From the IMG/VR virus record IMGVR_UViG_3300025400_000011, positions 32,001 to 96,000 of that record: a DNA stretch of 64,000 nucleotides; one strand, 5' to 3'. Below the pieces are notes generated by a model that was not told the DNA's origin, made no database searches, and saw nothing but the letters and a program-made list of their open reading frames with translations. The translations under genes and the position numbers were made by a program. The stretch is from a virus. This document shows, piece by piece, positions 20,101-29,224 of this stretch. Each line of letters opens with the position of its first letter. The first letter of the stretch is position 1.

Positions 20101-23100
20101 AAGCGGTTATAGCGGTACTTCAGGTTTCTCAGGCTTCACAGGTATAAGCGGTTATTCCGGTCAATCAGGCTTTAGTGGTTTCACTGGTATATCTGGTTAC
20201 TCTGGTACTTCAGGCTTTAGTGGTATATCAGGCTTCTCTGGTTACACCGGTATTTCAGGCTTCTCAGGTATTAGCGGTTGGTCAGGCTATTCTGGCTTTA
20301 CGGGTTTATCAGGCTTTAGTGGTTACTCCGGTTTATCAGGCTTTACAGGTATTTCAGGTTACTCAGGCTTTAGTGGTCAAATAGGCTACTCTGGTCAATC
20401 AGGCTTTAGTGGTTTTACTGGTGTAAGCGGGTTCAGTGGTACATCTGGTATTTCTGGTTATTCTGGCTTTACAGGCATTTCCGGCTTTAGCGGTATTTCA
20501 GGCTTTAGCGGTATAAGCGGTTTTAGCGGTATTTCTGGTTACTCTGGTTTATCAGGGTTCTCAGGTTACACAGGTATAAGTGGTTTCTCAGGCTTTACAG
20601 GCGCTTCTGGTTTCTCTGGTATATCAGGCTGGTCTGGCTATAGCGGCTTTAGCGGTTTTTCAGGCTTTAGTAGCTACTCCGGATTTAGCGGCTTTAGTGG
20701 TTTCTCAAGCTATTCCGGTTTCTCAGGGTTTAGCGGTTTTTCAAGCTTCTCTGGTTTCTCTGGTTTTAGTAGCTTCTCTGGTTTCTCAGGCTTCAGTAGT
20801 TATTCCGGTTATACAGGTGTTTCTGGTTACTCTGGTTATTCTGGTTTTACTGGCTTCTCAGGCTTTACTGGTTGGTCTGGTTTTAGCGGTTATCAAGGCT
20901 ACTCTGGTTTTAGTGGCTTCTCTGGTTTTAGTGGAGCAGGTATAACAAGTACTGCTACTACAAGTTATATACCTAAGATGTCAAGCTCGACATCTGTAGC
21001 TAATAGTTTAGTATATGACAACGGTACTAATGTAGGTATCAATACTACTAGCCCAGCACATACATTACATGTCCAGGGGGATATATATTCTTCTGGTGCT
21101 ATTATCGGTAGTATCAACAATACACTTAAAACAACTAATGTCGGTGCTACTAGTTCAATATATGTAAGATCAGACGGTAGCACAGGCGCATTTAATGATT
21201 CTAATACTGCTTTCTATGTAGATAATATCGGTAACTTATCTATTTTCAATCAGCTTTACTATAACTCTTCTACACAAAAGTTCGTCATTGCTGGTACATT
21301 GCAAGCAGCTTCAATAGGTGCAACAAGTGCAATATATATTGCTGCAACAGGTGTTACACCTTCATTTAGTGCATGCAATACACCTTTCTATGCTGATAAT
21401 ACTGGTAACTTCTCGTTAGGTAATAAGTTTGCTTGGAACAGTAAGACAAACGTTTTAAATGTTGGTGGTACAATAAATGCTGCTAATATAGGTGCAACAA
21501 GTGCTATATACATTGCTGGTGCAACAGTAACACCTTCATTTAGTGCTTCTAATACACCTTTTTGGGTAGATAGTTCTGGTAGATTATCTCTAGGTAGCAA
21601 ACTTACCTGGGACGGTAATGGTACGTTAAATGTAGGTGGTACTATTAAGACTACAACAGCAGACGCTACAAGTGCAATATATGTAAGAGCAGATGGTGGT
21701 GTTGGTGCATTTAACGACTCTAATACAGCTTTCTGGGTAGATAATACTGGTAACTTATCTATTTTTAATAAACTTTATTACAATGCTTCTACTCAAAAGT
21801 TCTGGATCGGTGGGACATTGCAGGCTTCTACAGTAGGTTCTACTAGTGCAATATATGTACGTACAGATGGTAGTGCTGGTGCATATAACAACTCAAGCAC
21901 ACCATTCTATGTAGATAATACAGGTCAATTTTCTCTTGGTAATAATGTAACTTGGAGCGGTGGTGCATTAACAGTAAATGGTACTGTTACTACTGGTGCA
22001 TTAACAGCTACAGGTGGTAAAATATCAAACTGGAATATTAATACCAATAGTTTTACATCAACTAATGGTGATATAACTCTTAATAGTAGTTCTACCCCTT
22101 ATATAGGCGTTAATACAACCACATTTGGTAGTGCTGGTATATTCTTAGGTAAGAGTGGTACTAACTACGTATTCTATGCAGGTAACGGTAGTAATCAAGC
22201 TTTAAAATGGGACGGTAGCGCATTAACAGTATCCGGTACTATTGGTGCAACTGCTGGTAATATAGGTGGTTGGGGTATAGGTAGTACATCTCTTACATCA
22301 ACTAATATAACTATTGATAGTTCTGCCGGGTCAATAACAAGTACAGATGGTGCTGGTAGTTATGTATATCTTACTTCAAACTTTGTAAGCGGTTATGGTG
22401 GTGCTGTAACTAATAGCGCATCTTACAAGTTATATGCTTTAGGTAATGGTGCATATTTAAATATTTCAAATGCCTCTTTTAGTGTTGGTGGTGGGGTAGC
22501 TAGTAGCTCATTAGCTACGTGGTCGGTTACAGGTGGTGGTGGTACAGTTTCAATGACCCCCGGCAGATTAGATGCAAGTTCTGCAGTTTCTGGTTTTAGT
22601 GGTACTTTCACTCGTCTAGTAGTTGGTAATAACGGTTTTGATGTTACAGGTGGTGGTACAATATCTGGAGATGTAGGACTAGGTACAGGTGCCAAGATAT
22701 ACCTACATGCAGCTTCAGGTTGGGTAGGAGTTTCAGGCGGTATTGCATTCGGAGATGGTACTACAATGAACACTGCTGGTGGTTCTACTGGACCACAAGG
22801 TGCTTCTGGTACTTCAGGGTGGTCTGGTTTTAGCGGTATAAATGGCTCTAACGGTGCTTCTGGTACTTCAGGGTGGTCTGGTTTCTCTGGACAAAAAGGT
22901 GCAACAGGACCGCAAGGATTAAGAGGCCCAACAGGACCACAAGGGCAAAGAGGTCCTACAGGTTCTCAAGGCTTTAGCGGTATTTCAGGTTGGTCTGGCG
23001 CAAAAGGTGCTCAAGGTTCACCTGGTTCAACTTCTTATAACCAATCTCTCAACACATACAACTCTGTAACATTTGCAGGTCTAACAGTTTCTGATGGTAC

Positions 23101-23737
23101 AGCTAGTGATGTAGTAGCTACATTTAGTGGTTTAGTAAACCTTCAATCAGGTACAGTTGGACCACACGTAATATATACTGCAGGAGCTGCAGGTACCACT
23201 GGTAATGAATACGGTTTAGGTTTATCCGATTCTTCGTATGGTAATCCTGCAAATACTTGGTTAAAAGGTAACGGTGATGCTTCCTTTGGTGGTGCTGTTT
23301 CTAAAGGCTCTGGTTCATTTAAAATTAACCATCCGTTACCCTCGTTAAGTGCTACAAACTATTTAGTACATTCATTTATTGAAGGTCCAAGAGTAGATCT
23401 TATATATAGAGGTACAGCAGCACTTAGTGCAGGTCAAGCTGTTTTAAACTTAGATGAAACAGTAGGTATGACAGAAGGTACGTTTGTAGCTTTATGTAGA
23501 GAGGTACAAGTATTTGTTACAAATCAAACAGATTGGTCTGGTGTGCGTGGTTCAGTTACTGATAATATTTTAACCATAACATGTCAAGATCCTTCTGCTA
23601 CGTCTACTGTTAACTGGATGGTAATAGGTGAACGTCATGACCCACACATTATTAGTACAAGCTGGACTGATGCAAGCGGTAAACCTATATTAGAACCAGT
23701 TATTCCACCACCAATACCATTATCTGCTATATTATAA
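17180..23737 (+). CDS. Giant G-X-S repeat long tail fibre
   Basis: 2185 aa; roughly 1050 aa of G-X-S triplets around a GRTY domain, five ~57-aa beta repeats, a short GPT/GPQ collagen, C-terminal KGSGSFKINHP...LVHSFIEGP domain. Confidence 0.85.
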   Translation: MSLTTVNQLSLIPAAAGVSGRSGFSGFSGFPGAQGAPGGASGYSGQSGTSGFSGFTGFSGFSGLNGTVAYSGTSGFSGFSGFSGYSGATGFSGFSSFSGFSGFSSFSGYSGYTGQSGFSGISGFSGISGFSGISGYSGMSGFTGISGFSGAPGAAAASGYSGFSGYSGISGYSGFSSFSGYSGFSSFSGYSGFSSFSGFSGYSGFSSFSGFSGFSSFSGFSGTSGYSGQSGFSGFTGLSGYSGTSGFSGNSGTSGYSGYTGLQGYSGLSGYSGQSGFSGISGWSGDSGISGYSGFSGQSGALGISGFSGYSGQSGYSGTSGYVGISGYSGFSGQSGWSGYSGISGTSGYSGQSGFSGPSGYSGFTGISGYSGFSGQVGTTGQSGYSGFSGQSGYSGQSGFSGISGFSGYTGTSGTSGYSGISGYSGFTGISGTSGYSGSVGTSGTSGYSGTSGYSGLSGYSGTSGYSGTSGYSGTIGTSGYSGISGYSGFTGISGYSGFTGTSGFTGISGYSGISGFSGFTGISGYSGQSGYSGTSGTVGTSGYSGYSGLSGASGYSGLSGFSGISGYTGISGHSGFSSYSGYSGQSGFTGISGFSGWSGPTGGSVYGRTYFFNETNSDQNPAVFEQLTLQPGGISIEDDQVTITSAAGISAIGWYLTPPGEPGLVYIESGLWDIEFYRYVTGGSAGFIFSIYTFSMATSATSTFILSADSGLVSDTVSTYQKIGAVTSSITSLSSTDRILLQVAAYTNSVTPVTAAYQYNGSSVYSVVRTPIGQGVAGQSGYSGYSGLGYSGYSGQSGYSGFTGFSGFTGISGFTGTSGYSGFTGISGASGYSGTVGISGTSGYSGFTGISGYSGISGFSGFTGISGTSGYSGISGYSGISGYSGYSGASGYSGTSGFSGISGFTGISGYSGFTGISGYSGTSGYSGTSGYSGYSGQSGFSGISGYSGTSGFSGISGYSGFTGQSGTSGYSGLSGYSGTSGFSGFTGISGYSGQSGFSGFTGISGYSGTSGFSGISGFSGYTGISGFSGISGWSGYSGFTGLSGFSGYSGLSGFTGISGYSGFSGQIGYSGQSGFSGFTGVSGFSGTSGISGYSGFTGISGFSGISGFSGISGFSGISGYSGLSGFSGYTGISGFSGFTGASGFSGISGWSGYSGFSGFSGFSSYSGFSGFSGFSSYSGFSGFSGFSSFSGFSGFSSFSGFSGFSSYSGYTGVSGYSGYSGFTGFSGFTGWSGFSGYQGYSGFSGFSGFSGAGITSTATTSYIPKMSSSTSVANSLVYDNGTNVGINTTSPAHTLHVQGDIYSSGAIIGSINNTLKTTNVGATSSIYVRSDGSTGAFNDSNTAFYVDNIGNLSIFNQLYYNSSTQKFVIAGTLQAASIGATSAIYIAATGVTPSFSACNTPFYADNTGNFSLGNKFAWNSKTNVLNVGGTINAANIGATSAIYIAGATVTPSFSASNTPFWVDSSGRLSLGSKLTWDGNGTLNVGGTIKTTTADATSAIYVRADGGVGAFNDSNTAFWVDNTGNLSIFNKLYYNASTQKFWIGGTLQASTVGSTSAIYVRTDGSAGAYNNSSTPFYVDNTGQFSLGNNVTWSGGALTVNGTVTTGALTATGGKISNWNINTNSFTSTNGDITLNSSSTPYIGVNTTTFGSAGIFLGKSGTNYVFYAGNGSNQALKWDGSALTVSGTIGATAGNIGGWGIGSTSLTSTNITIDSSAGSITSTDGAGSYVYLTSNFVSGYGGAVTNSASYKLYALGNGAYLNISNASFSVGGGVASSSLATWSVTGGGGTVSMTPGRLDASSAVSGFSGTFTRLVVGNNGFDVTGGGTISGDVGLGTGAKIYLHAASGWVGVSGGIAFGDGTTMNTAGGSTGPQGASGTSGWSGFSGINGSNGASGTSGWSGFSGQKGATGPQGLRGPTGPQGQRGPTGSQGFSGISGWSGAKGAQGSPGSTSYNQSLNTYNSVTFAGLTVSDGTASDVVATFSGLVNLQSGTVGPHVIYTAGAAGTTGNEYGLGLSDSSYGNPANTWLKGNGDASFGGAVSKGSGSFKINHPLPSLSATNYLVHSFIEGPRVDLIYRGTAALSAGQAVLNLDETVGMTEGTFVALCREVQVFVTNQTDWSGVRGSVTDNILTITCQDPSATSTVNWMVIGERHDPHIISTSWTDASGKPILEPVIPPPIPLSAIL
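17228..20940 (+). repeat. Degenerate 9-bp-period coding repeat (Gly-X-Ser/Thr), interrupted at about 18995-19507
   Basis: Triplet periodicity directly visible. Confidence 0.95.
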
Positions 23738-23740
23738 TCA

Positions 23741-25303
23741 ATGCTTTCTGCAACACAAGTCGACGTTAATACAACATCTGACCAGATTAACGCTCAGTTA
23801 GTAACCCTATCTGAAAAGTATCTAGGTAATAACGTTATTGTACTATCTGGTACTAATACAGGTTATATAGGTGCAAATATTGCACCTTTAGCACCATGGG
23901 GTAACTTAGCTAATAAGTACTTCCCTACTGTTGCTACATTATCTCAGAGTGGAGACAATATATTAACTAAAGACCAGCTTGGTGGTTATTTTACACCTAA
24001 TAATCTTGGTGCTTCTACTTATTTAGCTAAAAACCTTACACCGTTTATTAATATTAACGAGGTCAAACCTGGTGTAATATACAAATATGCTGATCCAGCT
24101 AAGTTTAACAAAGGTAGTGGTTTATCTGAAAAAGATCAAGATAATATTATAACCCATATACAGGACCTAAGTTGGTTAAAGGCTACTAACACAGGTACTA
24201 TATATGATGGTCAGGTTATCGGTACTACTGATTATCAAAAGTTTGTTCCTTATCAATCTGCTTATGAAACTACTAAACTAGATACTAACGGAGTAGTAGA
24301 TGTTCGTAATGATTATGAGTTTTGGACAGGACCGCAGAAAAACATCTGGTTAACCACTAATAAGTTTACGGAAGAAGATTGGTTAAAGTACCATGATATA
24401 GATAACAGGGTACAAAGACTACTCATTAACACCGGACAAGAGCTATACTCTTGGAACACTGATGTGTTTGGTAATCAATATGCATTATATAAAGCACCGC
24501 CTGTAGAAGGGCGTACTATATACCATATGCAAAATGCTTATGGTCCGTTGTGGGTAAGAACAGTAGACGGGATAGTATATTCAGCTACAGATGCACTTAC
24601 TGCTATATACAACAAGTACTTAAACGAGCCTGCTATATATGCTCAGTTATCAGCTAATAATATTAAAAATCTTGATGTATTTTATGATACTCTAGTGTTT
24701 GATTTGAGCGGTTATACAATATTCGAAAAGATAACGTTCGATTATAATACTAAGACTATACAAACAACAGATAAAGACTTTTTATGGTTAGATTATCATC
24801 AAAACGTTTCTAGTCGTTTACTTTCCTCTTCTTCTTTAACAGGTATACATGTTAAAGATAGTGCTGCGGTTTATTATGGTGGTAACTGGTATGATGAAAA
24901 CAAAAAGACCATTACTTCTTGTTTATTATTGTCTGCTGCAGTTACTACAACAAGTACTACTTCTGCACTAGTAGTGCCTGTACTATATCAGTACGATATT
25001 AACAACCCTTCAAAGAGAACTAGAATATTCCCTACCAATAATACTGATTTTGATTACTTTACATATAGTAGAGGTATAAGTTCAGTAAATAGCGATCAAG
25101 AGTTATTAACTTATATGGAAGCACCTGTTATTACATATAATAAGGATATTGGTTCTTATATTATAAGTTTTGTTGCTTTTATTAATCAAAACTTCAAAAT
25201 AGTAACTTACAATACTAAGGAAGCTTTACTTGGTAGAATACTAGTTAACGAAGCAGTAATACCAATCGTAACAGATACAGGAAGCCCAGTAACAGTCGTA
25301 TGA
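23741..25303 (+). CDS. Hypothetical virion structural protein (baseplate/tail region)
   Basis: 520 aa ORF, N/T/Y-rich, within the structural operon. Confidence 0.6.
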   Translation: MLSATQVDVNTTSDQINAQLVTLSEKYLGNNVIVLSGTNTGYIGANIAPLAPWGNLANKYFPTVATLSQSGDNILTKDQLGGYFTPNNLGASTYLAKNLTPFININEVKPGVIYKYADPAKFNKGSGLSEKDQDNIITHIQDLSWLKATNTGTIYDGQVIGTTDYQKFVPYQSAYETTKLDTNGVVDVRNDYEFWTGPQKNIWLTTNKFTEEDWLKYHDIDNRVQRLLINTGQELYSWNTDVFGNQYALYKAPPVEGRTIYHMQNAYGPLWVRTVDGIVYSATDALTAIYNKYLNEPAIYAQLSANNIKNLDVFYDTLVFDLSGYTIFEKITFDYNTKTIQTTDKDFLWLDYHQNVSSRLLSSSSLTGIHVKDSAAVYYGGNWYDENKKTITSCLLLSAAVTTTSTTSALVVPVLYQYDINNPSKRTRIFPTNNTDFDYFTYSRGISSVNSDQELLTYMEAPVITYNKDIGSYIISFVAFINQNFKIVTYNTKEALLGRILVNEAVIPIVTDTGSPVTVV

Positions 25304-25800
25304 TAACTAACTATACATTTACAACTTCAACAAGTAGTGCAAAACTATATACCCCTACCATTATTGTTTTTAAACCAAGCAATATATCATTAACAGGTAA
25401 CCAGTTTTTAAGCAAAATGGTGTATCAGTTACCAGACGGGGTTATAACTAAAGTAAACACATTTGTACCTAATGGTTACGGTAATGATGATTGTAGATCG
25501 GATTTTGTATACACCGTACCTAACGTTACTACTACTTCAGTTAGCGGTTACACTACAGCTGTTATTAGTATATCTGCCTTTATAGGTCCAGGTAACTACT
25601 TTAATCCTTCTACATATACATTAAGTTTAACAGGTATACCCCCAAAGTTTACTCGCAATCCTTTAGCTTCTGCTGAAGCATATGTATTTGATGAGGTTCA
25701 TTTAGTTAAAATGAAATCCTGGGGTCCAGATAATAATCAAATACTTGCTTTAGAAGGTAAAAATCCAAACTATTTACTGCTGAATTATAATGGATTGTAA
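25300..25800 (+). CDS. Hypothetical structural protein
   Basis: ATGA overlap with the previous gene; Thr-rich. Confidence 0.6.
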   Translation: MITNYTFTTSTSSAKLYTPTIIVFKPSNISLTGNQFLSKMVYQLPDGVITKVNTFVPNGYGNDDCRSDFVYTVPNVTTTSVSGYTTAVISISAFIGPGNYFNPSTYTLSLTGIPPKFTRNPLASAEAYVFDEVHLVKMKSWGPDNNQILALEGKNPNYLLLNYNGL

Positions 25801-25828
25801 CATACATAACAACTAAATATTACTACCG

Positions 25829-28800
25829 ATGCCACTTAAAATTACAGATTTACCGCAAGTACCAGCCGGCACAATATCCCAAAACATTTCTATTCCTGTT
25901 TCCCAAAGTGAAACAGATCCAAAGACTTATAAAATGTCTTTAGCTCAGACCGTTGCTTGGTTACAGACCCAGGGCATTGGTGCAGGTGGTACCGGGCCAC
26001 GTGGCCCTACAGGTCCTATTGGCCCAACAGGTCCTATTGGCCCAACAGGTGGTATTGGACCAACAGGCCCACAGGGTATTCCTGGTTCATCAGGTTATTC
26101 TGGGTTTGGTGGTAACTCAGGCTTTTCTGGTTTTATTGGTTCATCAGGTTTCTCAGGCTTTCAAGGGGATTCAGGGTTTTCAGGTTTCCATGGTTCATCA
26201 GGTTATTCTGGTGTAAGTGGTCCTTCAGGTTTTTCTGGTTCTGCTGGTTCAAATACCGGTTTACCTGGTCCTGGTCTAGTATATACCGGTTATTATAGAG
26301 GTAATAACTATACATATTATAACTCTAACGATCGTAAAGACGTGGTCAGTTATTCTGGTGGTGGTGGTTTAGCTTATTATATCGCTAATAGTGAAACTTT
26401 AAGTAGTACTGGTTATACCGGCTACACAGGATGGCCAGCACCTGGTACAACAAGTGACTGGGCTTCATTCCAAGAAAACTTTCAAAGTGTAGCTACAGAC
26501 TTATTATTAACTAATGACGTAGCAGTAGAAAAGGTTATTACATTAGGTACAGTTGGTAACCTTTCTGCAGGTATTATACGTTCAGTAAATACCGATTGGG
26601 TAGGTACTGAAAATAGTAAAGGTTTTTGGTTAGGTAACGACGTTGATGGTTATCCAAAGTTTTTCATTGGTGATTATTCTCCGGGCGGTAGTTACCTAAT
26701 ATATGACGGTTCCCCTATAGACGGTTTTACAAATGGTACTATCATATTATCTGGTACTATATTAGCAGATCAAGGTCGTATCGGTGGTGTGGGTATTGCT
26801 AAAGGCCAGCTATATACTGGTAACCCTGGTACAGCTGGCTCTATTACAACTCCGTTCTATGTTAACGGTACCTCAGATGATGGCATGACTGACCGTACTT
26901 ATGCAGCAATGGGTAATGCTCTTAAGTTTTACCGACACAACGGTATTAATTATTTTAATCTCTCTGGTGGTATAACAGCCACTTATGGTTCTATAGGCGG
27001 GGTAGGTATTGCACTAGATAGAATTTATACTGGTAATCCTGAAACAGCTGGTTCCATTACAACCCCGTTCTATATAAATGGTAGTGCTGATCCAGGTGGT
27101 AATACAAATCGTACCTATATGACTATGGGAGATACGTTTAAGTATTACAGAGTAGCTGGTGATTCATCTAATAGTTATACCCCTATCAACTATATGTGGT
27201 TGTCTGGTGGTATTACTGCTACGTACGGCTCTATAGGCGGGGTAGGCATTGATACTGATCACATTTATACAGGTCGCCCTGATACTGCTGGAACAATAAC
27301 AACACCTCTCTTTATTAACGGTAACAATTCTGCAGTAGACGGTTCTAATACTGGTCAAGCTATAATGTACTTGGGAGATTCTTTTAAATACTATAAACAA
27401 GCTGGTGTTTCTTCTCCTACTTATAACTTACTATTAGGTAGTACAGGTTTACAAGCTGATTACACTTTGAGTTCTACAGGAGATTACCTCTGGTGGAATG
27501 GTAGTACTTTAAAATTAAAAGGTAGTATTGAAGTTACAGGAGACTCTAACTTTGCTACGACAGGTCAAGTACAAGCAGCTTCAGCAGCTGCATACTCACA
27601 ATCAATCTCATATGCAGATAAAATTGCAAACGGCACTTATCCAGGTAGTACATTTATTTCACAAAACTCTATCATATCACCGATTATCGCTGGTGTAGAT
27701 GGTTATTTTAACAGCTACTTTAAAGTAGGTTCTGGTGGTATAGTGTTAGACGGTAATAATAAACGTATGTATATCGGCAACGGTAACTACGGTAACACTG
27801 ATACAGGGTTTTATGCAAGTTACTCTGGTTGGTTCTCATTAGCTGATAAACTTACATATAACCCTTCTACAGGGCTAGCTATTACTGGTGCTATTACAGT
27901 ACAACCAGGTGGTAATGCGGCTACAGTTGCTAATGTAACAGATGCTTATAATAATGCTTCTGGTGTTGCTGATGCTGTAGCAAGAGGTAACTACACAGGT
28001 GCAGGTACTTCATTTATTAGCGGTAAGTCTATATTCTCTCCTTATATTGCAGGTGCAAGTGGTTATATTGGTGGTACCTTCACAGTAGGTCAAGCTCCTA
28101 ATCACATTTTATTTGACGGTATTAATAAAAAGATGTATATCGGTAATGGTAACTATGCTAATGGAGATACACCTTTCTATGCTGATGGTACTGGTCAGTT
28201 CTCCTTAGGTGCAAGGTTTACTTGGGATACATCTAGTAACTTAACAGTGGGTAACTATATTGGTAATAAATACCTACAATATAACTACGGTAGCAATACA
28301 CTAATACTTAAAGGTGCAGAGTCAGCTGATGGTATTACTATTACATCAAATCAGGGCATGAGGTATGTAAACGATAATGGGGTATTTACTATTACTGGTG
28401 GTTCAGCAAACGGTGTAAATCATGGTGCACAAATCGACTTTGTTGGTACTGGTGGTGCTGGTGCAGGTAGTTACGGTTTATTAAGCTTAAATGCTGGCTG
28501 GCCAGATTCTAATACCAGTGACGGTCGTATACGTTTTGGTGTAGGTAATGCAGGCACTAACGGTTATGGCGAAGGTTTAAACTATGAAGCATTTACTATA
28601 TGGAAAGACGGTTTAGTAGAAGTTGGTAGAGATGGTAGTTTAGCAAATAGCGGTAATTTACAAGTAGACAACGATATACATGTACATGGTTATATATATG
28701 CTACTAAGAGTGCACAGTTCTATCAAAACGTTGCTGTGAATGGTCAAGTAGCTGTTTATAACAACGCAGATTATACTATACAAACCGGTACAGGAAATCT

Positions 28801-29173
28801 TACTTCTGGTGGTACAGTTAACTTCCAAGTAGATTATAACGGTAATGTTAACGCAACAAGCTTTAACCCTACCTCTACAAGAAAAGTTAAAAACAACATA
28901 CGCCCTTTAAGTACATTTATTTCTAATCCTTTAAATACTCTTTCAAAACTTGAAGGTATCGTATATGATAGTAGCTTGTTCCCTAAGGTAACTAATCAAA
29001 TAGGTTATATTGCTGAAGATGTATATCAAGTTATACCTGAAATCGTGCAGTTAGATGAAAACAACGAACCTAAAGCACTAGATTATTCTCGTATTACAGT
29101 TGTATTAGTAGAAGCTATTAAACAACTTAACGACAAGATTACATCCTTACAAAACACTATTAACTCCAAGTAA
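25829..29173 (+). CDS. Tail fibre with GPT/GPI collagen, G-X-S tract, internal tandem repeats and S74-like chaperone
   Basis: KITDLP N-terminus, collagen triplets, repeats, PTSTRKVKNNI...IGYIAEDV...LDYSRITVVLVEAIK. Confidence 0.83.
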   Translation: MPLKITDLPQVPAGTISQNISIPVSQSETDPKTYKMSLAQTVAWLQTQGIGAGGTGPRGPTGPIGPTGPIGPTGGIGPTGPQGIPGSSGYSGFGGNSGFSGFIGSSGFSGFQGDSGFSGFHGSSGYSGVSGPSGFSGSAGSNTGLPGPGLVYTGYYRGNNYTYYNSNDRKDVVSYSGGGGLAYYIANSETLSSTGYTGYTGWPAPGTTSDWASFQENFQSVATDLLLTNDVAVEKVITLGTVGNLSAGIIRSVNTDWVGTENSKGFWLGNDVDGYPKFFIGDYSPGGSYLIYDGSPIDGFTNGTIILSGTILADQGRIGGVGIAKGQLYTGNPGTAGSITTPFYVNGTSDDGMTDRTYAAMGNALKFYRHNGINYFNLSGGITATYGSIGGVGIALDRIYTGNPETAGSITTPFYINGSADPGGNTNRTYMTMGDTFKYYRVAGDSSNSYTPINYMWLSGGITATYGSIGGVGIDTDHIYTGRPDTAGTITTPLFINGNNSAVDGSNTGQAIMYLGDSFKYYKQAGVSSPTYNLLLGSTGLQADYTLSSTGDYLWWNGSTLKLKGSIEVTGDSNFATTGQVQAASAAAYSQSISYADKIANGTYPGSTFISQNSIISPIIAGVDGYFNSYFKVGSGGIVLDGNNKRMYIGNGNYGNTDTGFYASYSGWFSLADKLTYNPSTGLAITGAITVQPGGNAATVANVTDAYNNASGVADAVARGNYTGAGTSFISGKSIFSPYIAGASGYIGGTFTVGQAPNHILFDGINKKMYIGNGNYANGDTPFYADGTGQFSLGARFTWDTSSNLTVGNYIGNKYLQYNYGSNTLILKGAESADGITITSNQGMRYVNDNGVFTITGGSANGVNHGAQIDFVGTGGAGAGSYGLLSLNAGWPDSNTSDGRIRFGVGNAGTNGYGEGLNYEAFTIWKDGLVEVGRDGSLANSGNLQVDNDIHVHGYIYATKSAQFYQNVAVNGQVAVYNNADYTIQTGTGNLTSGGTVNFQVDYNGNVNATSFNPTSTRKVKNNIRPLSTFISNPLNTLSKLEGIVYDSSLFPKVTNQIGYIAEDVYQVIPEIVQLDENNEPKALDYSRITVVLVEAIKQLNDKITSLQNTINSK

Positions 29174-29224
29174 TATCCAGGTAAAATAGGTAGTATAACT
29201 AATCTTCACTACTAAATATTTTAT

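Noticed and set aside
967-20940. Repeat tracts as CRISPR array or satellite DNA
   Set aside because: No constant repeat/unique spacer structure; tracts are in-frame coding with synonymous variation.
1262-20945. Many Val/Leu/Ala/Gln-rich ORFs inside the fibre genes (e.g. 1262, 2435, 7493, 17625, 20580)
   Set aside because: Alternative-frame shadows of the 9-bp-period repeat; no independent start signals.
22799-22884. Perfect 32-bp direct repeat (22799-22830 and 22853-22884)
   Set aside because: Simple recent in-frame duplication within a collagen-like segment; not an att site or regulatory element.
934-23737. G-X-S proteins as substrates of the CsgG pore
   Set aside because: They lack signal peptides and carry virion-fibre modules; the adjacent curlin-like protein is the natural substrate.
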